64,000 bases of DNA from a virus: the IMG/VR virus record IMGVR_UViG_3300029206_000002; one strand, given 5' to 3'. Numbering within the stretch: the stretch's first letter is position 1; each line of letters begins with the position of its first letter. Positions 1 through 10,847 of this stretch are shown here, piece by piece. The notes below the pieces were generated by a model. The model had not been told where the DNA came from and did not search any database. It was given only the letters and a program-made list of their open reading frames with translations. Position numbers and translations under genes: made by a program.

Positions 1-380
1 AATCAGGTAAAGTAGATAAGGTAGAAGGAAAAGAACTATCCAGTAATGACTTTACTGATGCATATAAAACTAAACTGGATGGTATTGCTGCACAAGCAAA
101 TAAATATGTTTTACCAACAGCTACAGCTGAAACTATTGGTGGAGTAAAGGTAGGAACAAATATTTCTTATAGTAATGGTACAATTAGTCTTAGTAAAGCT
201 AATGTGACTGGCGCATTAGGATATACACCTCCTACAGCAGATACTAAAGTGACTATAAATAACACTTTAACAAGTACTAGTACTACAGAAGCTTTAGCTG
301 CTGCTCAAGGTAAAGCTTTAAAAGATTTAATTGACGCATTAACTACAAGAGTTGCTGCATTAGAAACTCCAGCAGCTTAA
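1..380 (+). CDS. Tail fibre protein, C-terminal part of a gene that starts upstream of the window (frame 0). It ends at TAA 378-380.
   Basis: Open frame from the window start to TAA. It carries the repeat motif KANVTGALGYTPPTADTK, which recurs in the next gene, and a coiled-coil/fibre-like composition. Confidence 0.6.
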   Translation, partial: SGKVDKVEGKELSSNDFTDAYKTKLDGIAAQANKYVLPTATAETIGGVKVGTNISYSNGTISLSKANVTGALGYTPPTADTKVTINNTLTSTSTTEALAAAQGKALKDLIDALTTRVAALETPAA

Positions 381-394
381 TATAACAAATACAT

Positions 395-3300
395 ATGGTA
401 ACAAATAGGATAATATTTTTTGCAACATCTGTTCAACCTAATCCAGAAGAAATAGACTATTGGGTTGACTTATCTGATAATCCTTACGGTGGTAGCATTA
501 AATATTTCAATGGAACCGAATGGGTAAGGCTAGCTGCCTCTGGTGGTACACCTGACTTTAGCAACTACTATACTAAAACACAAGTAAACAAATTGCTTAA
601 TGATAAAGCAAACATTAGTGATGTAGATAGTAAAGTAGATGATGAAGAAGTAAAAGATGTAATAAAGGATATACAATTTAATACTTCAAATCCTAATGGC
701 ATTACTATGGTAATGTTTAAGTATGATGGAAGTAATGATTCTATATCTTTACCTATAGCATCTACTGGATCAGCTGGTATTGTCACATCTAAAGACTTCT
801 TAGACTTTGTTAAGCAGCATCAGTTGTAGGAACTTCATACTGAAATGATTGATACCTTTGCTGATATACGTGCAAAGTATTAGAAGAAACTCATTGCAGG
901 TTTAAACATTGAAATTGATCAAGAAACTAATGTAATTAGTGCATCTGGTGATCTAGCTGTACAATGGGATAATATTACTAACAAACCAGACTTTAAACCA
1001 GTAGCTACATCTGGTGATTACAATGATTTGATTAATAAGCTTAAGCCTGGTAAAGATGTTAGTATTAGTGAAGATAATACTATCAGTATTGCTATTGATT
1101 CAGATTCATTAGAACAGTCTTTAGCTACTTTACAAAGTAATATAGATAAGGAAGCTGCTACTGCTCGTGCTGCTGAAACTAAATTAGGCAACGATATAGC
1201 TACTGAGAAGAATAGAGCTGAATCTGCTGAATAGACTATTAGTACTAATTTACAGAATGAAATTAATAGATCTACTCAAGTAGACACGCAACATACTAAT
1301 GCTATAAACAAAGAAGTACAAGATAGAAAAGAAGCTATTGCTACAGAAGTTAGTGATAGAAATGCAGCTATCTTAGTAGAAACTAATAGAGCTAAGGCTA
1401 AAGAAGAAGAACTTGATAATAAGATTACAGATCATACTGCTGCAACTAATGCAGCATTAGCATTAAAAGCAGATAAGTCTGACACTTATACTAAGGCACA
1501 AGTAGATGCTAAATTATCTGGTGCTTATAAAGTAAAAGGATCTAGTACATTTGAAGCTCTACCTAAAGACAACAATGTAGTTGGTGATGTATATAATATT
1601 ACTAATGCGTTTAACTTAGGTGGTAAGCATTATGATGCTGGTACTAACGTAGTATGGACTGAAGATGGTTGGGATGCTTTATCAGGTTCATTTGATACTA
1701 CTGCTATTGAAAGTAGTATTCAAGAAGTAGCTGATGATTTAGCTCAAGAGATATTAGATAGAACTCAAGCTGATACTACTATCAATAACAATGTATCTTC
1801 ATTATCTAACAGAGTAAAAGTGAATGAAGATAAACTTACTATTATTAATGGTAATGAATCTACTACTGGTTCTATAGCTAATGCTATTAAACAGGCTAAA
1901 TCATATACAGATACTACTGTAACAGCTGAATAGACTAGAGCAGAGAAAGCAGAATAGAAACTAACTAGTGATTTAGCTAGTGAAATAACTAGAGCTAAAG
2001 GTGCTGAGTCTGCTAATGCTACAGCTATAGCAAATGAAGTAGAAAGAGCTACTGGTGTAGAAGAAGCTTTAAGAACAGATGTAGAAGATTTAACTGGTTA
2101 GGTATTAGTTCTTGAAAAGACTAAGGTTAATAAAGTTGAAGGTAAAGGTCTTAGTACTAATGATTATACTACTCCTGAAAAGAATAAACTAGCTGCTATA
2201 GAAGCTGAAGCTAATAAGTATGTATTACCTGCTGCTACAGCTAGTGCATTAGGTGGTGTTAAAATAGGTAGTAATATAACATTAGCAGATGGTGGTACTA
2301 TCAGTATAACTAAAGCTAATGTAACTAGTGCGTTAGGTGTAGATCCTACTACTACTTATGTGAAGAAAGCTGGCGATACTATGACTGGTACATTAACATC
2401 TGCATCTACTACTGGATCAATTGTATTTAAAGGCGTTGAAAATAGTGATATAACAAATATATACAAATCTGGTGGTAATTTATCTGAAGGTTTTGGTATG
2501 CATGCCAACGCTGATATCATTAATGGTTTGAGATTCAATTGGTATGATACATTTTGGTATATAGGTAATATTAGAGGTTCTGGTACAGAAAGTTACGGAT
2601 TTGGAATTGTAGATAATAATGATTAGATAGGTTTTAGGGTAACTACTGATGCAGTTTATGCAAATAAATACACATCTAGTGTATCTACCGGTAATGCTCC
2701 TATATCTGTTAAATCTACAACTATGTGTCCAAATCTGAATGCAGATATGGTAGATGGTGTTAATGTTAAAGATATTGAACATACATTATACATATCGTCA
2801 ACTGTTAAAAATTATTTAAAGATTTAGGTTAATCATAAGTATTTCCCCAATAGTTATAAAATTGTTGAATATTATGATGGCTACATTTATGTTTACTAGT
2901 TATTAATAAATGCTTATTCTCCAAAATTTACCGATCTTTAGCTCATTAGTGGAAAAGTACATACTGGAATTAAAACATTTTATGATTTGACTAAATGGTA
3001 TATAGAAACTACAGAATCTGGAATGAACATATACATATATCAACCTGAAAATAGTAATTTCAAAATATATGGAGTTATACATGGAGAACCTCAATCTCCA
3101 AATGTTCAATTTAGTGTTGTTAGTTCATTGCCTAGTAATGTAGTAAGTAGACATATTACATTCAATGTAACATCTTAGAATTTAGAAGAGTTTGATTGGT
3201 ATGGAGTATCTTGGTCAGAAACATCATCTAATCCAGATTGTATCCGTATTGGTAATATGGATATGCATAGATCATTGCCTATATAGAGTATGATGAAACC

Positions 3301-4408
3301 ATTTGCTTTTTAGACACAACCTTTGTATAAAGACTAGTTTGTTCCTTTGAAGGAAAACTTTACTGAAGCAATGTATGGGCATGTAAGTAATGGAGAAGCT
3401 GGATAGGTAGCATCTACAGTAAACGTTATGATTAAGATACCAGAATTTTGGTATGTCGATGATTATACTCCTGGTACAAAAACACACAATTTAAAAATAT
3501 GTCCACACGCTAAACCAGGATGGCATCACCACAAAGAAGCATATGTTAGCGCATATGAAGCATTCAACTTTGGTAATAAAGGTAGATTAATAAGTATGAA
3601 AAGCGTTGTTCCTACTGTTAATTTTACCAGAACTAATGGCAGAACTTGGGCTAGAGCTAATGGATTTGACGGAGAAGCTAAATGGAATCTTTATACATAT
3701 GAAGAACATAGAGCTATATGTCATTTGTTCTTAGTGGAATATGCTACTAGAAATTCACAAAAGGCTGTTAATACTGAACTAACTCCTGAAGGATTTAGAC
3801 AAGGTGGGTTAGGTTCTGGTTGTACTACAGGAACAGCAACTATCAACGGAGCTCAAACTTGGTCGTTTATTCCAACTGGAAGTTCTGATAGTTTAGGTAG
3901 TGGTTCTGGTGAAGTTACAGTAACTATACAATAGACTGATTCATCTGGTTCTAATACTTCTACTATTACACGTAAATGTAATAGATATAGAGGAATTGAA
4001 AATCCATTTGGTCATATATGGAAACACACGGATGATATAATTAGTATATACGAAGGCGACTGGAGAACTTATTATAAGTCTATAAAACCTGATCAATTTG
4101 CCACTAACAAAAATAATAGTTATAAACCTTTAACATCAGCAGCAGTTGTAACTGGTTATAAAACCGAAATTAGAGCTACTCCTACTTGTGATTTCTTCGC
4201 TGAAGCTTGTACTAATGGTTCAGAAACTACATACTGGTGTGATTATAACTGGGATAATACTGATACTTCAGAACACTGTTTGTTAATCGGTGGTGGCTCT
4301 GGCAGTGGCGGCGGGACGGGTCTGTTCGCTCTTCGTTCCGTTGCTGGGGTTGGTTATTCCGATGCTGATATCTGTTCTCGATTAACATATCTCCCGTGGG
4401 CGGAGTAA
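395..4408 (+). CDS. Large tail fibre or tail spike protein of 1,338 codons, read through about 16 in-frame TAG codons.
   Basis: ATG at 395. Track ORFs at 395, 1028, 2360, 2987 and 3428 all share frame 2 and are separated only by TAG. Read by eye, there is no TAA or TGA until 4406-4408. Fibre-type repeats are present (SKANVTSALGVDPTTTYVKKAGDTMTG, coiled-coil EQSLATLQSNIDKEAATARAAE). The C-terminus ends with a Gly-rich linker, GGGSGSGGGTGLFALRSVAGVGYSDADICSRLTYLPWAE. Confidence 0.75.
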
Positions 4409-4550
4409 TGACTTAATTATGCAATACGGTATAGTTAAGTAATACCCACAGGTTGCTTCTCTAGAATTGGGTTGGGTGTGCTTTGTTGGTTTTGGTGGGG
4501 GGGGGTGGGTTGGTGGCGCTGGACTAGCGGTTCGGTGGTGAAGTACTAAC
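4289..4550 (+). repeat. G/T-rich, adenine-depleted island spanning the 3' end of the fibre gene and the downstream spacer. It contains a G9 run at 4497-4505.
   Basis: Read directly from the sequence. The stretch gggttgggtgtgctttgttggttttggtgggggggggtgggttggtggcgctgg contains no A over roughly 55 nt, in a genome that is otherwise about 70% AT. Confidence 0.6.
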
Positions 4551-4571
4551 TACAAATATTATAGAAGAAAA

Positions 4572-4694
4572 ATGGCTAGCTATATAGGGTGGTTTAAACA
4601 CGCTAACTGTTATTCTTTACTTACTAAAACTATTAAACATAAAGAGCTATTAGATTACCTGGATATACGTAAAGGAAATAGAACATACGCATAA
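4572..4694 (+). CDS. Small hypothetical ORF of 40 codons (MASYIGWFKHANCYSLLTKTIKHKELLDYLDIRKGNRTYA).
   Basis: ATG to TAA open frame in a spacer. There is no other support. Confidence 0.2.
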   Translation: MASYIGWFKHANCYSLLTKTIKHKELLDYLDIRKGNRTYA

Positions 4695-4793
4695 TGAGTA
4701 CGTTATAGTTATATAATCGCAGAGACTTTAACATATGCTAGCAGTAATAAATATTGACTAGCATTTTTATTTCAGATAAAATTATTTTAAGTT

Positions 4794-5336
4794 GTGTTGA
4801 GTAGAAGTTTATATATAATGAATCTTGCAAGACGTATATTTGCTAATGGATATCAATCTATAGTAGGTTGGTTAACAGGTATGGCAACTATACTAGCACC
4901 AGCTGCACCATTAATAGGTGTATCGTTTCTATTCATAATATTAGACTTAATCTATGGGTATAAAGTATGTAGACAAGTAACTCACAAGAATTATTTTGAA
5001 TCTGGCAAGTTTTGGTCTACTATTGAGAAACTAGGATTTGCAGCTATAATGATAGCTGGATTTACTTTATTAGATAAGTTTATATTTATGACATATGCCG
5101 ATCTGGTGTTAGCTAAAGTTGCAGCAGGAGCAGTATGTTTTGCAGAAATAATATCATTATTAGAATCTAGGAAAGCATTAAAACCTAATTCATTAGTTAC
5201 AAGACTCTTCACAAAGATTATAAAGTCGAAAGCAGAAAAATATTTAGATGTAGATATAACAGACATCTTAGAAGAACAAAATACTATTACAAATGATACC
5301 AATACTGATAAGTCTAGCAAAAAGATTAACAAGTAA
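4794..5336 (+). CDS. Membrane protein with several transmembrane helices, a holin-like lysis candidate. The start is GTG at 4794 or ATG at 4818.
   Basis: Track ORF with hydrophobic segments (ILAPAAPLIGVSFLFIILDLIYGY, FAAIMIAGFTLL, AAGAVCFAEIISLL) and a charged C-terminal tail. It has no in-frame TAG. Confidence 0.45.
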   Translation: MLSRSLYIMNLARRIFANGYQSIVGWLTGMATILAPAAPLIGVSFLFIILDLIYGYKVCRQVTHKNYFESGKFWSTIEKLGFAAIMIAGFTLLDKFIFMTYADLVLAKVAAGAVCFAEIISLLESRKALKPNSLVTRLFTKIIKSKAEKYLDVDITDILEEQNTITNDTNTDKSSKKINK

Positions 5337-5370
5337 CATTATCGGTTGGTTTAAAAGAAATTACAAAGCA

Positions 5371-5949
5371 ATGGCAGTGATTATCATTATGATTCTCGCT
5401 GCCATTTGTTTTTATTAGAATAACTAGCTAGATAAGAAGAATAGAGAACTAGATAGAGTAACTAATAACTATCTTTACTATGAATAGCTAGCAACATAGT
5501 AGAAGAATGATAATAGAGTTCTATAGCTTACTCTAGATGAATTTAAAGAAACCAAAGATAGCTTAATACAAGAAGTACAAGCTACAGTAAAGAAATTAAA
5601 GATCAAAGAGAAGGAGTTGAAATAGATACAGATATAGGAGTAGAAAGTAGTACACGATACTACAATAGTAGTTAGATCAACTGACTTTAAAGTAGAAATC
5701 AAACCAAACAATTTGACATCAATCATAATAAATAAAAGAGATACGCTCCTAACACATAGTATCGACATTCGCAATACACAATCACTATTTATTCATACTA
5801 AAAAAGAATATAAGCGTAATTATAAGAATTGGTTCTAGCGACTCCTTCACTTTGATTTTAAAAAACGAACTATTTATAAGTACCAAATTGATAACAGTAA
5901 CAAGTTAATCAATGTAGAAAATACTAGAATAATAGATTTATCAAAATGA
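5371..5949 (+). CDS. Protein with an N-terminal transmembrane helix followed by a long coiled coil, possibly spanin-like. It has 12 in-frame TAG codons.
   Basis: Stitched frame 1: MAVIIIMILAAICFY then a Q/K/E-rich heptad region. It stops at TGA 5947-5949, overlapping the next ATG in an ATGA arrangement. Confidence 0.5.
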
Positions 5950-6581
5950 ACTTTATAAGTCGAATAATTAAATCAATTAATGCAATGAGAGAAAGACTGA
6001 AAATAGAGCGTCATGAGGCTATGTATGGTCCACACTTTAATGAAGAATGTGCACTAAAAGCAGTCTCAAAGATGGAAAACGAAGATGGCTCTCGTGGAGA
6101 ACATTGGAGTTTAGAAGAAACTACTTCAATCGCTAACCAGTACGGAATCAATCTGAAAGGTGAGAAATACAACAAGTATGATTGGTACGTTGCTCTCAAT
6201 ATGATACGTTCAGACTATTATCGTGCAGTTGTTACTATGACAAGCAGTGATCACATTAAGTACTTTGTAGAACTAGCAAAAGCTTGGTTGAATGATAAAG
6301 ACATAGAAGAAGGAAAGATGTGGTATTACTATTGCTATATTATGTGTGATAAATTGCGCAAAGAAGCTAAGACGATGTTAATGCTTGAAGACGATGAAGA
6401 TGAAGAGCATGAGTATCGTTACGCTCGTAGTGGTAGAGGACGTGGAAGAGGTAGAGGAGGAAGAATGACTCGCTACGGTTATGACTATGACGAAGACGAT
6501 GAATATTTAGATCGTGAACGTGAAGAGGAAAGAATGCATAGATATGAACCTATGTATGAAAGAAGAATATCAAGATATTAA
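5946..6581 (+). CDS. Hypothetical protein of 211 aa with an RG-repeat and an acidic C-terminus.
   Basis: Intact track ORF ending at TAA. It contains SGRGRGRGRGGR. Confidence 0.5.
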   Translation: MNFISRIIKSINAMRERLKIERHEAMYGPHFNEECALKAVSKMENEDGSRGEHWSLEETTSIANQYGINLKGEKYNKYDWYVALNMIRSDYYRAVVTMTSSDHIKYFVELAKAWLNDKDIEEGKMWYYYCYIMCDKLRKEAKTMLMLEDDEDEEHEYRYARSGRGRGRGRGGRMTRYGYDYDEDDEYLDREREEERMHRYEPMYERRISRY

Positions 6582-6595
6582 TTTAATCAAAATTT

Positions 6596-7522
6596 ATGAG
6601 AACTATGTACGAACCTGAAAAAATTTTAGTACAAAACGCTGGTATAGATCCAGGTGTAGCTGCACTTTTGCAGAATGCAAACAAAGGTAATATGGACCCT
6701 GCTGCTCTTATGGCTATGATGAACAACGGCGGTTTCGGTGGAAACGGCGGTTGGTGGTGGATTTGGATCATCCTAATCTTCTTCTGCTGGGGCGGTTTTG
6801 GAGGCAACGGTTTTGGTAGAGGTAGTGATGATGCTAGTCGTCTTGCTTCTCAGTTAAATACTGATACTAATACAAGTCTGTTAATGCAGGCTATTCAAGG
6901 TAACAAAGATGCAATAAGCACTTTGTCTAATACTTTGAGTTGTGATATTAACGCTGTACAGACAGCTTTAAATACTATTAATACTAGCGTAAGTCAGATT
7001 GCTTGTGATACTAAATTAGCTAGCTGTGAAGTAATTAATGCTATTACTTCTGGTAATGCTAACTTGGCTTCTCAATTAGCTAACTGCTGCTGCCAGACTC
7101 AACGTTCAATTGACTCTGTTAATTTGAACTTGACTCAAATGAATGCAGACAATAGACTGTCTATCTGTCAGCAAACTAATACTTTGCAGAATGCAATCAC
7201 TGGTGGTTTCAATAACTTAATGACAGATAATGCTAGTAAGTTTAATGTAATTGGTGCTAAGATAGATGCGCAGACTCAAATGATTAACGATAAATTCTGT
7301 CAACTTGAAATGCGTGAAATGCAGAATAAGATTGACACATTGCGTGCTGAGAAGTCAGCTCTTGAATTAGGTCTGTCTCAATCTGCTCAAACTGCTAATA
7401 TAGTAAATCAGTTGCGTCCGTGTCCAGTACCTGCTTACTTAACTTGTAACCCATTCGGATGTAACGGTGGATTCACTGGTTACGGATACGGATATAACGA
7501 CGGTTGCGGTTGTAGTTGCTAA
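6596..7522 (+). CDS. Hypothetical membrane or structural protein of 308 aa with a Gly/Trp-rich transmembrane segment and Cys-rich termini.
   Basis: Track ORF containing GGFGGNGGWWWIWIILIFFCWGGFGGNGFG and ending in CNPFGCNGGFTGYGYGYNDGCGCSC. Confidence 0.5.
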   Translation: MRTMYEPEKILVQNAGIDPGVAALLQNANKGNMDPAALMAMMNNGGFGGNGGWWWIWIILIFFCWGGFGGNGFGRGSDDASRLASQLNTDTNTSLLMQAIQGNKDAISTLSNTLSCDINAVQTALNTINTSVSQIACDTKLASCEVINAITSGNANLASQLANCCCQTQRSIDSVNLNLTQMNADNRLSICQQTNTLQNAITGGFNNLMTDNASKFNVIGAKIDAQTQMINDKFCQLEMREMQNKIDTLRAEKSALELGLSQSAQTANIVNQLRPCPVPAYLTCNPFGCNGGFTGYGYGYNDGCGCSC

Positions 7523-7539
7523 TAAGAAAGGAGGTAATT

Positions 7540-7959
7540 ATGTTTAATCCTTTCTTTAACCCTTATCGTGTAAGACGTATTGATCAAGGTGGTATACCAA
7601 CATTAGATACTATATTCTCTAATGTAGATACTACTAACAATACTGTTACTTATGGAATATGTCCATTTCAATGGAGACAATTACCATGCAGAGGTTTAAT
7701 ATTGTTAAATATTAACCATACCGCTACTGGTGCAACAGAAGGATCATTAGTATCTGTAGCTACTTCTGTTAGTTCTAGTTAGGTATCATCTAATCCGACT
7801 AGTGTAAATACTAATAGTGGTAAAGCATTACTAAACGGTTCTGGTGATTAGATGCCAACAGAAGAAATTTCAACGGGTAATAAATATCTAATATACTATG
7901 ATAAACGTACTGGAGTATTTCAGACTGTAAATCATATTGTAGCACCAGCTGCTGCTTAA
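7540..7959 (+). CDS. Hypothetical small virion protein of 140 codons with 2 in-frame TAG.
   Basis: An SD-like aaggagg lies 8 nt upstream of ATG 7540. Frame 1 continues through TAG 7780 and 7849 to TAA 7957-7959. Confidence 0.5.
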
Positions 7960-7968
7960 TAAAAACTT

Positions 7969-7992
7969 AGGGCTACCGTAAAAGGTAGCCCT
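7969..7992 (+). terminator. Perfect 9-bp stem-loop (agggctacc gtaaaa ggtagccct) directly after the stop codon.
   Basis: Inverted repeat read from the sequence. No U-tract follows. Confidence 0.35.
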
Positions 7993-8043
7993 ACTAAAAC
8001 CAATTCAATTATGTTATTTAGTCAATTAAAAATAGGAGATCAC

Positions 8044-8589
8044 GTGCACGTATTGGAAGTTCTAGGAACTTTTAAAAAGACTACTGTTTATAGTCTTGGT
8101 TCTATTACCTAGGTTTCAAATCCTTATGATGAAGCTTTGCCGCAAGGTTAGTTTCCAATACCAGGATAGAACAGACGTAAATTAGTCGATGTATTTATTA
8201 GTTGTAATGGAGAATCTAAGAAACTATCAGTACCAGCTGAACGTTCAATAATCAACGATACTTCTATAGGACTTACTGTTGCTACCAACAAAGAAGAAAT
8301 AGCTAATATGGTTAGATAGAACTACAACGAATTCAAAGCTAAAAAAGAAGCAGCAAGTAAGTACGATGAAGAAATGGAGAAGTGTAAAGATATTCTAGAT
8401 CAACTAGAAGCACAAGTAGAAGTTCCTACAGTAACTAATACTGTTGATAATAGTAAAGAAATAAATGATTTAAAGAATGATGTAGCTGATATTAGGAAGA
8501 TGATAGAAGATGCTAAGAAGATGTTTATGGGAGGATTCCCAAAACCACCAATGCCACCTATGCCTAATGTACCAGCTCCAATGAAATAA
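8044..8589 (+). CDS. Hypothetical protein with a C-terminal Pro/Met-rich tail, 4 in-frame TAG, and a probable GTG start.
   Basis: Frame 1 is open from 8029 to TAA 8587-8589. An aggag motif lies 6 nt upstream of GTG 8044. The track ORF 8374..8589 is the C-terminal piece. Confidence 0.4.
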
Positions 8590-8600
8590 TACTCGGCAAC

Positions 8601-8720
8601 GCTCACAACGTTCGCTCACCTCTACGAGGCTCGCTCACTGTATAGTGGACGAGCTTTTGTTGTTTATGTATGTTAATAATATTTCCTCGCTTCGCTCAGA
8701 GTTCCTTCGCTTCGCTCGGA
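8601..8720 (+). repeat. Cluster of CGCTC-containing short repeats (cgctcac x3, cgcttcgctc x2) in a 260-bp noncoding spacer.
   Basis: Read directly. It is GC-rich relative to the rest of the genome. Confidence 0.5.
8629..8665 (+). terminator. Rho-independent terminator: an imperfect 10-bp GC-rich stem followed by ttttgttgttt.
   Basis: The stem gctcgctcac/gtggacgagc followed by a T-tract, immediately downstream of a gene end. Confidence 0.55.
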
Positions 8721-8852
8721 AAATTATTATAAAGCTTTTTAAGAAAGGCTATTAGTTTCTGTTAAGGAGTGTATCTAAGATACTATAAAAATTTACAGTA
8801 AGTCTTAAAATGCGTTTTATGACTATTATAATTATAATTTAAATATATAGAT

Positions 8853-9518
8853 ATGACATTAAATGAGCTCATTGATGATGTTCTATTAGAAGCTAGAAAC
8901 AACTAGATTGCTGAGAGTGAAAAGCTCAGTAGATACTAGATAATGTTGTGGATTAAAACATATCGAGCTTACCTATTAAAACAGAAGTTAGATAAGGGAG
9001 AGCAATTAGACTAGATCTTCTATTAGACTATACGCATGCATTTGGATAAAATAGAAGAAGATCCAGGTCATGCAGAATACCAAGGAGATAAAGAATTACC
9101 GACTTTACTTGGTACTAAACTTACTACTTCAGTAATAACAGTAAAAGATGCCTATGGTAATATTATTCAATTAGGTTCTGAAACTAAAATGAAATTCTAG
9201 AGATATAGAAAGTATACCTGTAAAGATTATATTGCATATGTTAAAGGTAATAGAATATATGTAGAAGGTGATGCTAACCAACTAGAATATATTGATGTAG
9301 AAATAATTGCTGAAGATCCTACTGAAGATAAACTGTGTTACAATCCTGATAAGGATGAATATCCTTTACCAGCTTATATGTGGGGTACAGTTAAGTAGTT
9401 AATATTTACTAAGGATTTCTTAACTATGAGATAGCAAGTATCTGATACTACTAACGATAGTAAGGATGATACTTAGAATGTAATGAATTAGAATGTTAAC
9501 AGAAGTATAAGACGATGA
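8853..9518 (+). CDS. Hypothetical virion protein of 222 codons with 9 in-frame TAG.
   Basis: ATG 8853. Frame 0 continues through TAGs to TGA 9516-9518, which overlaps the next ATG. Confidence 0.5.
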
Positions 9519-9982
9519 ATGAATTAAATAAATCAGCTAATAAAACGGTATCTTATACTATACCTTCATTCTATAACCATTACTTAAGTAGTATAGAACC
9601 AGATACAGTATACGATATAGATTATATTACTTATAGAAAGATAGTAACAGACTACTTTTATCACTTAAGAGATTAGTTATTAGAAGAAAGTAAAGAAGTT
9701 AAATTACCTTATAGAATGGGTAGTATTCAAATAGTAAAGAAACAACCTAAACATTTAGATGGTAGAAGTCTTAGAATAGATTATAAAGCTACAAAAGAAT
9801 TAGGTAAACTTACTTATTTACTTAACGAACACTCAGGATTCTATAAGTACAGACTTTACTGGAATAAATAGGACATGCTAGTGTCTAACAAAAGTAAGTA
9901 TTAGATTGTACTTACTAGAGCAAATAAAAGACATCTATGTCAATTAATTAAATCTAAATAGAAAGACTATGAAGAAATATAA
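9515..9982 (+). CDS. Hypothetical protein of 156 codons with 4 in-frame TAG.
   Basis: ATG 9515 in frame 2, ending at TAA 9980-9982. Confidence 0.45.
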
Positions 9983-10847
9983 TTTTAAAGAAGTTGATAA
10001 AATTGAAAAAATATCTGGAGTATATCAAATAGTCAACGAACTTAACGGACATAGATATATAGGTAGCTCTAAAAATATCTAGCACAGAATATTAACACAC
10101 AGATCTTCTCTTAGAAGAAATAACCACCATAGTATTTATTTACAGAACGCTTTTAACAAATACGGCGAGGATAAGTTTTATATACAGATTTTAGAAAAGT
10201 GTGAAAATGTTAGAAGCACTATTTTATTTTTAGAGCAAAAGTATTTAGATTTGAATCCTGAATATAATATTAGTGATACAGCTACTTGTCCTATAAATAT
10301 ATTACAAACAGAAGAAGTAAAATAGAAAAGAGCTGAAAAACTCAGAGGACAAAAACGTAATAAATAGCAAAAACAGAGAATTAGCGATGGAGCATTACAA
10401 GCTAAGCGCGGAATTCCAGTAAATTGCTATGATTTAGATGGAAATTATATTCGTACTTTTCATAGTTCTAGAGAAGCAGAACGTAGTTTAAATGGAAAAT
10501 TAAAAGGAGTTACAATAATAGGATGCTGTAAAAATAAAAATAAATCTGCATACGGATTTATGTGGAGATACGACAATGGAGATCATTCCAATATAGATCC
10601 TTATGAAAACAATTCTATTAATGCTATACAACAGTTTAAAAGACCAGTTTTACAATTAGACGATAATTATAATATCATAAATGAATTTGAATCAATATCT
10701 GACGCTTCTAGATATTTAAACAAACCATATGCTATAAGTAATATTGCTAGGTGTGCAAAAGGTTTTGTTAAACATGCTGTTGGATATATATGGAGATATA
10801 AAGATAAATTAAATAATAATATTCACGATTACGAATAGCAGCCATGA
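9969..10847 (+). mobile_element. Freestanding GIY-YIG homing endonuclease gene (I-TevI/Seg-like) with NUMOD-like C-terminal DNA-binding repeats. It has 4 in-frame TAG.
   Basis: The N-terminal motif ISGVYQIVNELNGHRYIGSSKNI-x-HRILTHRSS matches GIY-(10-11)-YIG...R...H. Frame 0 ends at TGA 10845-10847. It overlaps both neighbouring genes. Confidence 0.7.

Noticed and set aside
568-3487. Minus-strand ORFs antisense to the tail-fibre gene (568..786, 2356..2538, 2480..2782, 2903..3109, 3272..3487).
   Set aside because: They are antisense to a strongly supported gene and are hydrophobic, low-complexity reading-frame artefacts.
4289-4408. The fibre C-terminus as the variable region of a diversity-generating retroelement (a Gly-rich, RGGSW/GFR-like tail encoded by A-depleted DNA).
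   Set aside because: No reverse transcriptase motif (YxDD) and no A-rich template repeat were found in this window. The similarity to FGE/C-type-lectin variable regions is only impressionistic. It is kept as a compositional anomaly instead.
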